This document shows, piece after piece, positions 1 to 9,004 of a stretch of 64,000 nt of DNA (positions are counted from its first letter, which is position 1; each line of letters begins with the position of its first letter). The notes below the pieces were generated by a model, which did not search any database, was not told where the DNA came from, and was given only the letters and a program-made list of their open reading frames with translations. Source of the stretch: Deltaproteobacteria bacterium (GTDB lineage: Bacteria > JAGRBM01 > JAHCIT01). The translations under genes and the position numbers were made by a program. Location of the stretch: positions 386,530 to 450,529 of the forward strand of contig JAHCIT010000002.1 in assembly GCA_026129095.1 (NCBI GenBank), read 5' to 3'.

Positions 1-258
1 GATCATTCCCAGATACCAGTCCGGGTGGGCGATTCCGGCTCCGATCCATTCGACGAGCAGCGGCGGCGACGGCCAGCTTTTCCCGGCCCCGCGCAGCAGC
101 GCCGATTCCGCGAGGTTCATGTCCCGGACGGGAGCGGTAAACATCCCGAGCCGGATCAGCCCGTTCTCGACGATCCGTTCCGGTGCGGGCTCCGGGGAAA
201 TCCGCTGCTCTCCCGGCTTTCGGGAACTTTGGTAGTAACGGGATTCCGGCCCGATCAT
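1..258 (-). CDS. hypothetical protein, 3' partial (runs off window start)
   Basis: Minus-strand frame with ATG at 258 translates to protein-like MIGPESRYYQSS...LIRLGMFTAPVRDMNLAESALLRGAGKSW with no stop before the window edge. The plus-strand ORF 25..264 is Arg-rich nonsense. Confidence 0.3.
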   Translation of the reverse strand, partial: MIGPESRYYQSSRKPGEQRISPEPAPERIVENGLIRLGMFTAPVRDMNLAESALLRGAGKSWPSPPLLVEWIGAGIAHPDWYLGMI

Positions 259-318
259 CCGTAAAACCTGCCTTGCACAGCGTAACCGGTGTTGTTCCGG
301 GATGTCGAACCGGCTCAA

Positions 319-1164
319 TTACTCCACGAACTTCAGGATCTCTTTTTCGTACCGTTTCGCATCCGACACGCCGAGGGCGACGGTTTCGCGGATCTTGACG
401 GGACTCGTGTAGTCCCATTTCCGGATGGGTATTTCGGCCGATGGTGCCAGGTAAAGCCGGTTTGGTGCTTTAGGCAGAAGTTCCGGGCGTGTCGGCCGGG
501 AAAGGAGGACCAGCACCTTTTGCTCCTGTGCCACGGGAGAAAGTGCCCGCACCGGCACGTTATCCACCAGCCCCCCGTCCACGTACGGCTGTCCATCATA
601 GCGGTGAATATCGGTAAGCGGCGGGGTGGAAGATGCAGACAGCACCCAGGTCACGACGTCCTCCAGGGACCCGGCCTCCTGCGCCGTGACAACCCGGCTC
701 GCCAGGCCCGGAAACGGCTCGTCCGGTCCGTGCACACGCTGGTGCTTGCGCCGCTCGTAGTTCCACGCAGCCCGCAGCCAGGTGGACACCATCGGATTGC
801 CCTTCCGTATATAAGCCAGGAGAAACCGAACCGGTCCTGCGTCCTTCAGCCGGTCCCATGCGCCGCCAGTGAGGAGTGTCCGCAGGGCCATGCTGTACAT
901 GTCGTTGTGGGGAAAAGGCCGCTGGCCCCGAAATATCCATTCGGGATACACGTTGCGGGGGTTTTTCGAGGTCAGGTCGCAAAAGAGATTTACGGTTTCT
1001 TCCGCCTGCCCGGAAGCGGCGCAAATCGCCATCGCCGAACCGGCAGATGTTCCCGCCCACTCGTCAACCGGAGGCAGTCGGCCGCGAACGGCCTCGAACA
1101 GCCCGAGTTCCCAGAACGTACGGGCCCCTCCACCCGCAAAAACCACCGATATCCCTGATCCCAT
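319..1164 (-). CDS. patatin-like phospholipase
   Basis: GGGARTF (GxGxxG) and GTSAGS (GxSxG) patatin motifs. Start placed at the internal ATG (MGSGISVVFAGGG); the track ORF's 97-aa N-extension is low-complexity. Confidence 0.8.
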   Translation of the reverse strand: MGSGISVVFAGGGARTFWELGLFEAVRGRLPPVDEWAGTSAGSAMAICAASGQAEETVNLFCDLTSKNPRNVYPEWIFRGQRPFPHNDMYSMALRTLLTGGAWDRLKDAGPVRFLLAYIRKGNPMVSTWLRAAWNYERRKHQRVHGPDEPFPGLASRVVTAQEAGSLEDVVTWVLSASSTPPLTDIHRYDGQPYVDGGLVDNVPVRALSPVAQEQKVLVLLSRPTRPELLPKAPNRLYLAPSAEIPIRKWDYTSPVKIRETVALGVSDAKRYEKEILKFVE

Positions 1165-1294
1165 GGCCGTAGCCTCCCTGAACCAGAGGCTTCTGATCCG
1201 GCCAGTTCCGGGAGGCAAGTGCGGGTTGCACTCCGGCCGGCTTTCTGATTGGCTGGAAGCACCAACCGGGCAGGGACCAAATGGGGATTGCAGA

Positions 1295-2020
1295 ATGAAT
1301 GCGTATAACGGTGGAAGATTTGCCGCACTGCTGCTCGTGGTATTGGCGGCCGGATGTGCCTCTCCGGAAATCCGGGCAGCCGGAGCGGACAAGGAGCAGG
1401 AGGCCAGGCTCGCCCGCGGCGAAGTGCTCACCTCCTCGACCACTGACCCGCTCACGAAGGCGAACCTCGGAATCGTTACCGGTGTGATCGATTATCCGGT
1501 TGAGCAGGTATGGGCGGTCGTTTCCGATTACGACCGCTTTTCACGTTTCATCCCCCTGATGAAGGAATCGCAGGTCGTTTCGCATGAAGGGACCATGGCC
1601 ACCGTCCGTGTGCTGTGGGACAATGCAAACCTGCCCATTTCGTTCATTCCGATCTCGATCCAGTACTGGTCGCATTTGCGGATCAAGACCTACCCGCGCA
1701 CCTATTTCGCCGAGTTCCAGCAGATTGAAGGCAACCTGAAACGCGCCGAGGGGACATTCCTGCTGGAGCCGTTTCCGGACGCGGCCGGCAAGCGCTCCAG
1801 GGTCGTCATCAGCATCGTATTCCAGATCGGGGATATCCTTGATCTTGGAGCCAGGGGATTTTTCGAGCGCATCATGCCGTACTATGTGACCAACATGCGC
1901 CGTCACCTGACGACACTCGATCCCTCGACGGCAGAAACGAGACCGTGGGCGCAGGTGCCTCAAGTCGACATGCAGAAGCAGATTGATGCGCTCTCGGACA
2001 TCGATGACGTCCTGAGGTAG
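1295..2020 (+). CDS. lipoprotein, SRPBCC/START-like (polyketide cyclase-like fold)
   Basis: ATG at 1295 gives MNAYNGGRFAALLLVVLAAGCAS (signal peptide plus LAAGC lipobox). The remainder resembles the Bet v1/SRPBCC fold. Confidence 0.65.
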   Translation: MNAYNGGRFAALLLVVLAAGCASPEIRAAGADKEQEARLARGEVLTSSTTDPLTKANLGIVTGVIDYPVEQVWAVVSDYDRFSRFIPLMKESQVVSHEGTMATVRVLWDNANLPISFIPISIQYWSHLRIKTYPRTYFAEFQQIEGNLKRAEGTFLLEPFPDAAGKRSRVVISIVFQIGDILDLGARGFFERIMPYYVTNMRRHLTTLDPSTAETRPWAQVPQVDMQKQIDALSDIDDVLR

Positions 2021-2212
2021 TGGTTCTGCACGCCGGAGCGCTTGACAGATGCTGAACCCGCCCAATCAAAAAAAATGACCACGTCCTAAAAAAACAGTGG
2101 TAAAAGTCAACAAAATCGGTATTATTAACTCCATCGGTGAAGGGCTGATGACTGAGCAGACGCGAAACACGTCATGAAATGACGTTCGCGTGTGCACAAG
2201 AGGACACATCCA

Positions 2213-2299
2213 ATGCCCGTTGCCAAGAAGAAACCCGCCAAGAAGAAGAAAGCCCCGGCCAAGAAGAAGAAGGCCGCTGCCAAAAAGAAGAAGAAGTAA
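2213..2299 (+). CDS. 28-aa lysine-rich basic microprotein (histone H1/Hc-like tail repeat AKKKK)
   Basis: ATG 2213..TAA 2299 encodes MPVAKKKPAKKKKAPAKKKKAAAKKKKK. There is an AGGA SD 9 nt upstream. GC-rich codon choice (AAG, GCC, CCG) matches the genome. An inverted repeat lies immediately upstream. Confidence 0.4.
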   Translation: MPVAKKKPAKKKKAPAKKKKAAAKKKKK

Positions 2300-2377
2300 C
2301 TTCTTTCTGGTCTGAAGGACGGGTGGCCGTGCCGCATTCCAGCGGACGGTCACCCGCAGTTTTTTGTACGAACGCCG

Positions 2378-2827
2378 TCAGTGACGAACGTGCCGGTCCA
2401 GCCAGGAAGGGTCCGGCGGCGGCTGGGGTTCATACCCCTCGATATAGTGAATCTGCGGAAAGGTACTTTCGTCAAACCTGTCCAGACCCGCCTCGCCCAG
2501 ATCGAGCATCTTCTGATAATTCTCCCGAGCCGCATGCAGGAAAAGATCGGTCCGGACCGGGGTCACCAGATGCCGGGTCCGTTCCAGTTTTTCCATTCCC
2601 CGCTCAAACAGTGCTTTCGCCCCTGAGAAAACCCGGGTCCGGATCTTGTGATAGGCCACGGCTGTCTGGATCAGGCCCTGATAATAGACCTTCTGGTCTC
2701 CTCCGGATTCGACCCAGATGTCCTCGAAAGCATCGTGGCAGCGGTGATAGTCGCCTGTGTTGAACAGCCGCACGCCTTCGTCGGCCAGGGGAGGCCACTC
2801 GATGGAAAACGGTCCGGGCTTGCTCAC
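2378..2827 (-). CDS. DUF309 domain protein
   Basis: LFNTGDYHRCHDAFEDIW...YQGLIQTAVAYHK matches the DUF309 signature. Start set at GTG 2827 to avoid overlap with the divergent lipoprotein gene; the upstream ATG 2914 is also possible. Confidence 0.65.
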   Translation of the reverse strand: MSKPGPFSIEWPPLADEGVRLFNTGDYHRCHDAFEDIWVESGGDQKVYYQGLIQTAVAYHKIRTRVFSGAKALFERGMEKLERTRHLVTPVRTDLFLHAARENYQKMLDLGEAGLDRFDESTFPQIHYIEGYEPQPPPDPSWLDRHVRH

Positions 2828-2855
2828 GGGCCGATTCTGGGGAACGCTCACTGCG

Positions 2856-3326
2856 ATGGCAATCCCCCTGATCCGCCAAATCCTCCTGCTGGCTGCGTTC
2901 GCCGTGCTCACCACCGCCTGCAGCGGGCAGGATCGTCACGTGACCCTGGAGTTTCTTCCCGGTGAGCAGGGCCAGACGGCCGAACATCCACTCGAAATCT
3001 CCTCAGCCCCGGATGCGACGGCCTCGGTCTCGTTCCGGCTGACATCCATCGGCTCTTTCGTGGGTGATGCCTCCGTTCTGGTGTTTCCCGACCCCTTATG
3101 CCTGAACGATCTCGACGACGAGGAATCCTGTCTCGATCTTCTCTGGACACCGGAACGGCCGTACACCTTTGCCCGGCCGGGCCAGGAACGGGTCGTGACG
3201 CTGACCCTCAGCACCGAAGACGGCCTCGTAACCGAGGATGGCGTGTTCCGCATACGGATCAGCGCAGGCCCGGTGGGGCAACTGGTGGAAACGGGTGTCG
3301 ATCTTTATTTCCGCATCATTCCCTGA
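2856..3326 (+). CDS. hypothetical lipoprotein
   Basis: ATG 2856 gives MAIPLIRQILLLAAFAVLTTACSG (signal peptide plus LTTAC lipobox). No recognisable domain. Confidence 0.6.
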   Translation: MAIPLIRQILLLAAFAVLTTACSGQDRHVTLEFLPGEQGQTAEHPLEISSAPDATASVSFRLTSIGSFVGDASVLVFPDPLCLNDLDDEESCLDLLWTPERPYTFARPGQERVVTLTLSTEDGLVTEDGVFRIRISAGPVGQLVETGVDLYFRIIP

Positions 3327-3391
3327 CTGCTCCTGTTGCCTCCGGATACCGGAAACGATAAGGAACCCCTTATCCTGTAAGGACAGAACTG

Positions 3392-4621
3392 ATGTCTGCA
3401 TTTCCGGAACAGATCCTGCCGCCGGTCAGCCACCGCGATATTGCCCGGCTGGTTCTCACAGCCGCCCAGGCCGATCAGGCTGTCTATTACCGCAGTGTCC
3501 GGGTGGGCGAGCAGGTTAATCTGGTCCCGTCGGCGAGCTACCCCGATAATGCCGCCCTCACTTCCCACCCCCTCATGGTGTCCCCGGCCACTGCCCTCGG
3601 CCGGTTCCTGGCCGGAACCCCGGGCGCACATGAACTGATCGACCCGCTACTGCTCGCCTCTCCCAAGGACGCGCAATTCCAGGAAGCCCTGAGAGGGTAC
3701 CGCCACGGTGTCCTGCTGTCTTTCCCGGCGGCAGAAACTGATCGAAGCTGCCTGCTGGTCCTTTATAAAAACGAACAGAAACTTCCGCTCCCGGCCCTCG
3801 CGGCCATTCGTGAGCTGGTGATCCGGACCGAAACCGGAAACCGGGCGCTGACCAAGGAAACCGGCGCACCGGCGGCCGGAGAAAGCATTGCGGAACTCAA
3901 GACCCGCCTCGTCGAGGTCGAACGGATCAACCTGGGGCAGGTCGAGTTTATCGCCGGGCTTGGCCATGAACTGAAGACTCCCCTCAACTCCATCATCGGA
4001 TTCGGCTCCCTGCTCGAAAAGCAGATCATGGACGAGGAACTTTCCGAGGAAATCGACATGATCATGGTCAGTGCCAACAAGCTGCTGGAGCTGATCGAGG
4101 ATCTGATCGATTCCTACAAGGCTGCCGCAGGCAAGCTCGTCCTGCACCGCCAGACAGAAGACCTGAATGACGTCTTGGGCTCATCCATCGAGGCCGTTCG
4201 GGTGATCGCCGATGAAAAGGGAATTACGGTTCGCAACTACCTTGCGGGACAGATACCGAAGTTCCCGTTCGACCGGAAACGGATCCAGCAGGTGATGAAC
4301 AACCTGCTCGGGAACGCCCTCAAGTTCGTCCCGCCGGGCGGCGAGATCATCGTCCGGTCGATGCTGCAGGGTGATTTCGCGCGGGTGACGGTCACCGACA
4401 CGGGACAGGGGATTCCCGCCAACAGCATCGGAACCGTGTTCCAGCGTTTCAAGCAGCTCCAGGGCGCCGAAGAGCGGGATCACCACTCGGCCGGTATGGG
4501 GCTTGCCTTGTGCAAGGATTTCATCGAAATGCACGGCGGCGTGATCAAGGTTTCCAGCGAGGTCGGCCGGGGATCGGTCTTCGAGTTCACGCTTCCGCTC
4601 ACGGCCGCAGCCGACGAATAG
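3392..4621 (+). CDS. cytoplasmic sensor histidine kinase (GAF-like N-domain, HisKA, HATPase_c)
   Basis: H-box GLGHELKTPLNSI. N (NNLLGNALKF), G1 (DTGQGI) and G2 (GMGLAL) boxes present. No TM segments. AAGGA SD before ATG 3392. Confidence 0.85.
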   Translation: MSAFPEQILPPVSHRDIARLVLTAAQADQAVYYRSVRVGEQVNLVPSASYPDNAALTSHPLMVSPATALGRFLAGTPGAHELIDPLLLASPKDAQFQEALRGYRHGVLLSFPAAETDRSCLLVLYKNEQKLPLPALAAIRELVIRTETGNRALTKETGAPAAGESIAELKTRLVEVERINLGQVEFIAGLGHELKTPLNSIIGFGSLLEKQIMDEELSEEIDMIMVSANKLLELIEDLIDSYKAAAGKLVLHRQTEDLNDVLGSSIEAVRVIADEKGITVRNYLAGQIPKFPFDRKRIQQVMNNLLGNALKFVPPGGEIIVRSMLQGDFARVTVTDTGQGIPANSIGTVFQRFKQLQGAEERDHHSAGMGLALCKDFIEMHGGVIKVSSEVGRGSVFEFTLPLTAAADE

Positions 4622-4680
4622 GCTCTGGCAGCGGGTACCGTTCTCTGCCGCGTTTCCGGCTATACTCTCCTCCAGCTCCT

Positions 4681-6321
4681 GTGCGCATTCTGGGACTTAC
4701 ATCTCCGGTTTCCTTCAATTCCGCAGCGGCGGCCGTCCGTGACGGCAGGCTTGTGGCCGCCGTCGAGGAAGAGCGGTTCGTTCACCTCAAGCACGCGCCC
4801 CGGATGCTCCCCAGGCAGTCAGTCAGTTACTGCCTTAACGTTCTGGAAGCAGGACTTGCGGACATCGATTGCATCGCCGTGGGTCATGAAAATTCCGGCT
4901 CACATCTTTACGGCGTGCTGAAGGCCATTTTCTCCGGCGGAATCGAACTATCCAGACTGTCGCTGGAGCAGGAACTCGCCTTCTGGACAAACCACCTGTT
5001 CGGCATGCGGAATTTCAAGGGAACCCTAGTTCCGGACAAGCGCAGACTGCGGTACTATCCGCACCATCTGTCTCATGCAGCGTCGGCGTTCTATTGCTCG
5101 GGATTCGAGCGGGCTGCAATCATGACGCTTGACGGCCGGGGCGGCTATGAAAGCGGCCTCCTGGCGTCCGGCCACGGCGCGTCAATCCGGCCCCTCGCCC
5201 ATGTTTCCATCCGCCAGAGCTGGGGGCTGTTCTATGAATGGTTCACGCGGGCCCTCGGATTCCGGCACCACAGCGAGGAAGGAAAGGTCATGGGGCTGGC
5301 CGCCTACGGCCGGCCAAGCCTCGTTCCGTTCGTGGATTTTTCCGGAGAACTGCCCCGAATCGATAATAACGGAATGGCCCGCTACTTCCGCGAAATTCCG
5401 TGGCGGAAGCCCGGCGATGAGATTGCTGCGGTTCATCACGATATCGCCGCCGCCTGCCAGCATACGCTGGAGGAAGCCGGCTTGCGGATTGCCCGTTGGG
5501 TTCTTGACAGATCAGAAGCGAAGCATCTGTGCCTCGCCGGTGGAGTCGCGCTCAACTGTTCCATGAACGGCAGGCTCTGGCGCGACCTGCCACTGGAGGG
5601 GATATTCATCCAGCCAGCATCGTCCGACTCAGGTACGGCCATTGGCGCAGCAATGCTCGCCCACGTGGAAATGACTGGCGAACGGGCTCCGTTCGAGATG
5701 CGTCATGCCTACTGGGGTCCCGAATACACGGATGCCGAAGTTCTTGATGCCATCCACAAGAGCAAGGTGCCTCGTTGGGAGCGATCAGATGACATTGCTG
5801 CCGACACGGCGAAGCATCTGGCAGACGGGAAAATCCTCGCCTGGATGCAGGGCCGCATGGAGATCGGTCCCCGGGCACTGGGGGCACGGTCAATACTCGC
5901 CGATCCAAGACGGGCGGAGATGAAGGAAATCGTGAACCGGCAGGTAAAGTGGCGCGAGCCCTGGCGTCCCTTTGCCCCCAGTATACAGGAGGAACGGGTG
6001 GTGGATTACGTCTCCCATCCGGTCTGGTCGCCATTCATGATCGTGGCATTCCAGTCACTGGAGGCAGCGCGAGGAAGGATTCCGGCAGCCATCCATGTGG
6101 ACGGAACGGCACGGGTGCAAACCGTCTCCCGTGAAACGAACCCGCGCTACTGGGGCCTGCTGGAGGCGTTCAGAAAGATCACGGGCGAGGCGGTGGTGCT
6201 GAACACCAGCTTCAACGTGAAGGGACAGCCGATCGTCAATACGCCTCTGGAGGCCATCTCAACACTTTATTCCTGCGGACTCGACGGCCTTGCCATCGGC
6301 AACTACCTGATCCTGAAGTAG
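4681..6321 (+). CDS. carbamoyltransferase, NodU/CmcH family
   Basis: N-terminus VRILGLTSPVSFNSAAAAVRDGRLVAAVEEERF and HHLSHAASAFY motif typical of NodU/CmcH/TobZ carbamoyltransferases. Start set at GTG 4681 just after the HK stop (4621); ORF frame is open from 4510. Confidence 0.8.
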   Translation: MRILGLTSPVSFNSAAAAVRDGRLVAAVEEERFVHLKHAPRMLPRQSVSYCLNVLEAGLADIDCIAVGHENSGSHLYGVLKAIFSGGIELSRLSLEQELAFWTNHLFGMRNFKGTLVPDKRRLRYYPHHLSHAASAFYCSGFERAAIMTLDGRGGYESGLLASGHGASIRPLAHVSIRQSWGLFYEWFTRALGFRHHSEEGKVMGLAAYGRPSLVPFVDFSGELPRIDNNGMARYFREIPWRKPGDEIAAVHHDIAAACQHTLEEAGLRIARWVLDRSEAKHLCLAGGVALNCSMNGRLWRDLPLEGIFIQPASSDSGTAIGAAMLAHVEMTGERAPFEMRHAYWGPEYTDAEVLDAIHKSKVPRWERSDDIAADTAKHLADGKILAWMQGRMEIGPRALGARSILADPRRAEMKEIVNRQVKWREPWRPFAPSIQEERVVDYVSHPVWSPFMIVAFQSLEAARGRIPAAIHVDGTARVQTVSRETNPRYWGLLEAFRKITGEAVVLNTSFNVKGQPIVNTPLEAISTLYSCGLDGLAIGNYLILK

Positions 6322-6341
6322 GGGCTGGAGAGGAAACCGGG

Positions 6342-7877
6342 ATGACACGATACCTGCTCGTTTCCCTCCTCGCACTCACGGGCCAGATTTTCTCGCTCCT
6401 GCTCCAGTTCCTCATCGCTCGGCGGTACGGGACAGTGGCATCTGTCGATGCCTGGATCGCCGCACAGGCCATTCCGGCGGTCATCTCCACCGCTGCCGGA
6501 TCGCTTGGCGGACAGCTTGTCATGCCAGCCCTGATCCGGGCCGCCGAACAGGAAGGCAAGGAGGGTTTTCGCCAGGCGAGCGGCGAGTTCCTGTCGCTGT
6601 TCGCTCTGACCGGCCTCGCTGTTTCGCTACCGCTTGTCCTCGCCGCTGAGACCATTATCGGCTGGACCGTACCTGGGCTCGGAGAAGAAGCAAAGGATAT
6701 GGCCGGATGGTTCCTGCGCGTGTCCGCCGCAGGTCTTCCGGCGGGAATCGTGTTCGTGTTCTTCGCGCAGGCAGCACAAACACGGGAACGGTTCCTGATT
6801 GCCCCGGTCGTTTCTGTACTGATGCTTGCCGGCCAGTTCGGTGCATTCCTCGCCGCTCCCACTGGCCGCGAACTGCACTGGGTCATTTCCGCCCAGGCAC
6901 TCACCGCCTGGCTCGGTCTTCCCCTGATTGCCTTCCTCGGACTCGACTGGAAACCGGCGCCCAGACTCCGGCCAGGAAACGCTGCAATGTCCCTCATTCG
7001 CCGGTCCGTACCCGCACTCGTGATCGTCGCCTCGGTCCGCATCAACCATGCTGTGGATAACTACTTCGCTTCGGGACTTCCTGAAGGTCATCTGGCCGCC
7101 CTTGGCTACGCTGTCCGGTCGACGGCGATCCTCCAGGCGGCAGTGGCGGCCCCGATCATGTCGGTCGTATTCGCGGGGCTGGCGAAATCCGCCGCTCGCG
7201 GAGAGTGGGACCAGTTTGCCTCTGACGCCGGGCTCGCCGCCCGCCGGTCACTGTTCATATCAATGATGCTGGCCGTTCTGATGGCCGGCCTCGGAGCCCG
7301 GATATCGGTGCTGTTTCTGGGATGGGGTGCACCGTTCGATGGCATATCACGATTGGCCTGGTGCCTCGTCGTGCTCTCCGGCATTACCGCCTTTGCCGCA
7401 TGGGGAAGCCTGCTCGCCCGCGTCTGCTTTGCAGCTTCACTGGACCGGCTGGCGGTCGTCTATCTCGGTATTATTCCGGTGATATTCAACCTCGTCATGG
7501 ACTGGCTTCTGGTGGAGCCATTCGGCGTCATCGGACTTGCCGCTGTCACCAGCCTGAACGCCGTTCTGGGTCTGCCACTGCTGGAGCGGACGTTACGGAA
7601 GAAAGGCCGGATCGCCGGAGGGTTCTACCTGCCGTTCTTCCGCCTTGTCCTGTGTGCCGGTATCACCGGAGCTGCACTGTGGTTCTGTCCGCCGGTAATT
7701 GCCGATGGCACCCTGACACTGACAGCCGAGATCATCCTGCTTGGCATCACCGGAGCCGTACTGTTCCTGATACTGGCAGGACTGCTGGGGGACGATACTC
7801 CCCGGTACCTGGTGGACAGGTTTCGCCGGAAATTCAGCGGCGAGGAACTGGCCACCGCGGAGGCCGCCACGCCATGA
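6342..7877 (+). CDS. MurJ/MviN-Wzx-like polytopic flippase (MOP superfamily)
   Basis: 511 aa with ~12-14 predicted TM helices; N-terminus resembles MurJ/polysaccharide flippases. Its stop overlaps the next start (ATGA). Confidence 0.7.
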   Translation: MTRYLLVSLLALTGQIFSLLLQFLIARRYGTVASVDAWIAAQAIPAVISTAAGSLGGQLVMPALIRAAEQEGKEGFRQASGEFLSLFALTGLAVSLPLVLAAETIIGWTVPGLGEEAKDMAGWFLRVSAAGLPAGIVFVFFAQAAQTRERFLIAPVVSVLMLAGQFGAFLAAPTGRELHWVISAQALTAWLGLPLIAFLGLDWKPAPRLRPGNAAMSLIRRSVPALVIVASVRINHAVDNYFASGLPEGHLAALGYAVRSTAILQAAVAAPIMSVVFAGLAKSAARGEWDQFASDAGLAARRSLFISMMLAVLMAGLGARISVLFLGWGAPFDGISRLAWCLVVLSGITAFAAWGSLLARVCFAASLDRLAVVYLGIIPVIFNLVMDWLLVEPFGVIGLAAVTSLNAVLGLPLLERTLRKKGRIAGGFYLPFFRLVLCAGITGAALWFCPPVIADGTLTLTAEIILLGITGAVLFLILAGLLGDDTPRYLVDRFRRKFSGEELATAEAATP

Positions 7878-9004
7878 AACGCCGCCGGATTGCGCAGGTC
7901 GTCAGTTCGCTTGCGCTGGGTGGTGCCGAGCGGTGCGCCCTGGAACTGGCCGCCCGCCTCGACCGGTCACGCCATGATTCAACCCTTCTGGTGGCAGGTG
8001 AAACCGCCAGCGGCCCGCTTGCCGAAATCGCCGCCCGGCAGGATCTCCCCATCCGGACAGTGCAGTTCCGCTCACTCAGGCATCCGGCGGACTGCGCACG
8101 GTATATCGCCACGCTTCGGGACTTTGATATCGTCCACGTCCACAACCGCCCACTGGACTATCAGACGGCCGCGTTGCTCGCCGCCGCTCCGCCGCTTCTG
8201 AAAAGGCCCCGGTTTTTCTGGACCTGTCATCTCCCCTATCCGGATCTTACCCGCTCAACCCGGTTCCGTTACCGAATGACGGCCCGGACCGCCCGGGACA
8301 CCATTGCGTGTTCCCCGGCAGTTGCGCGTCACCTGACTGGAACGATCGGAATTCCCGCCACATCTGTCCATACGCTGACCAATGGGGTCGATCTGGACAG
8401 ATACCATCCCCTGCCGCCGTCAGAGCGGAACCGGATTCGCCAGTCCATGAACTGCGAAGGAAAGACCGTAATCATCTCGGCCGGTCGGCTCACTGCCCAG
8501 AAGGGATTTGACCGGTTCCTGTCGGCGCTTGCCCTCCTTGCCAGCCACGAAAACCTTCCTCCGTGGGAAGCCTGGATCGCCGGCGGCGGACCCGAGCATG
8601 ACCGGCTACGCGAGCTGATTCCCGGCTTGCGGCTGGAGTCACAGGTCCGCCTGCTTGGACCGCGGATGGACCTCCACCACCTGCTGGCGGCAGCCGACCT
8701 GTTTGTGCTGCTCTCGCGGTTTGAAGGACTCCCCCTGGCCCTGCTGGAAGCACTCGCCTGCGGGCTTCCGGCGGTCGTCTCCGGAATCCCGGCCTTCTCG
8801 CTGCTGGAAGCTGATGATGCGGTTTCCGTATCTCCGGACAGCGCGGATGAACTGGAAATCGCCACCGGAGCCACCAAATACATCCGGTCACTGGTGATGG
8901 ACCCAGCAGAACGGGAACGGCGGGCCCGCAAGGCCCGCCAACTCGCGGAAAGCCGCTACGATATCCGCATGTGGGTGAAAGCCCACGAGCAGCTTTACGG
9001 CTGA
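7874..9004 (+). CDS. glycosyltransferase family 4 (GT-B)
   Basis: MKRRRIAQVVSSLALGGAERCALELA N-terminus. C-terminal GT4 motifs: EGLPLALLEALACGLPAVVS and RLTAQKGFD. ATG 7874 overlaps the flippase stop. Confidence 0.85.
   Translation: MKRRRIAQVVSSLALGGAERCALELAARLDRSRHDSTLLVAGETASGPLAEIAARQDLPIRTVQFRSLRHPADCARYIATLRDFDIVHVHNRPLDYQTAALLAAAPPLLKRPRFFWTCHLPYPDLTRSTRFRYRMTARTARDTIACSPAVARHLTGTIGIPATSVHTLTNGVDLDRYHPLPPSERNRIRQSMNCEGKTVIISAGRLTAQKGFDRFLSALALLASHENLPPWEAWIAGGGPEHDRLRELIPGLRLESQVRLLGPRMDLHHLLAAADLFVLLSRFEGLPLALLEALACGLPAVVSGIPAFSLLEADDAVSVSPDSADELEIATGATKYIRSLVMDPAERERRARKARQLAESRYDIRMWVKAHEQLYG

Noticed and set aside
25-264. 79-aa plus-strand ORF at window start
   Set aside because: Arg-rich and non-proteinlike. 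The opposite strand gives a more plausible partial CDS.
1165-1455. N-terminal 97-aa extension of the patatin ORF
   Set aside because: Ser/Ala-rich low complexity. The patatin GxGxxG motif begins right after the internal Met at 1164.
7322-7873. 550-nt N-terminal extension of the GT4 ORF (track ORF 7322..9004) overlapping the flippase gene
   Set aside because: The extension is Arg/Pro-rich low complexity in an alternate frame of the flippase. The ATG at 7874 gives a canonical GT4 N-terminus and an ATGA overlap with the flippase stop.
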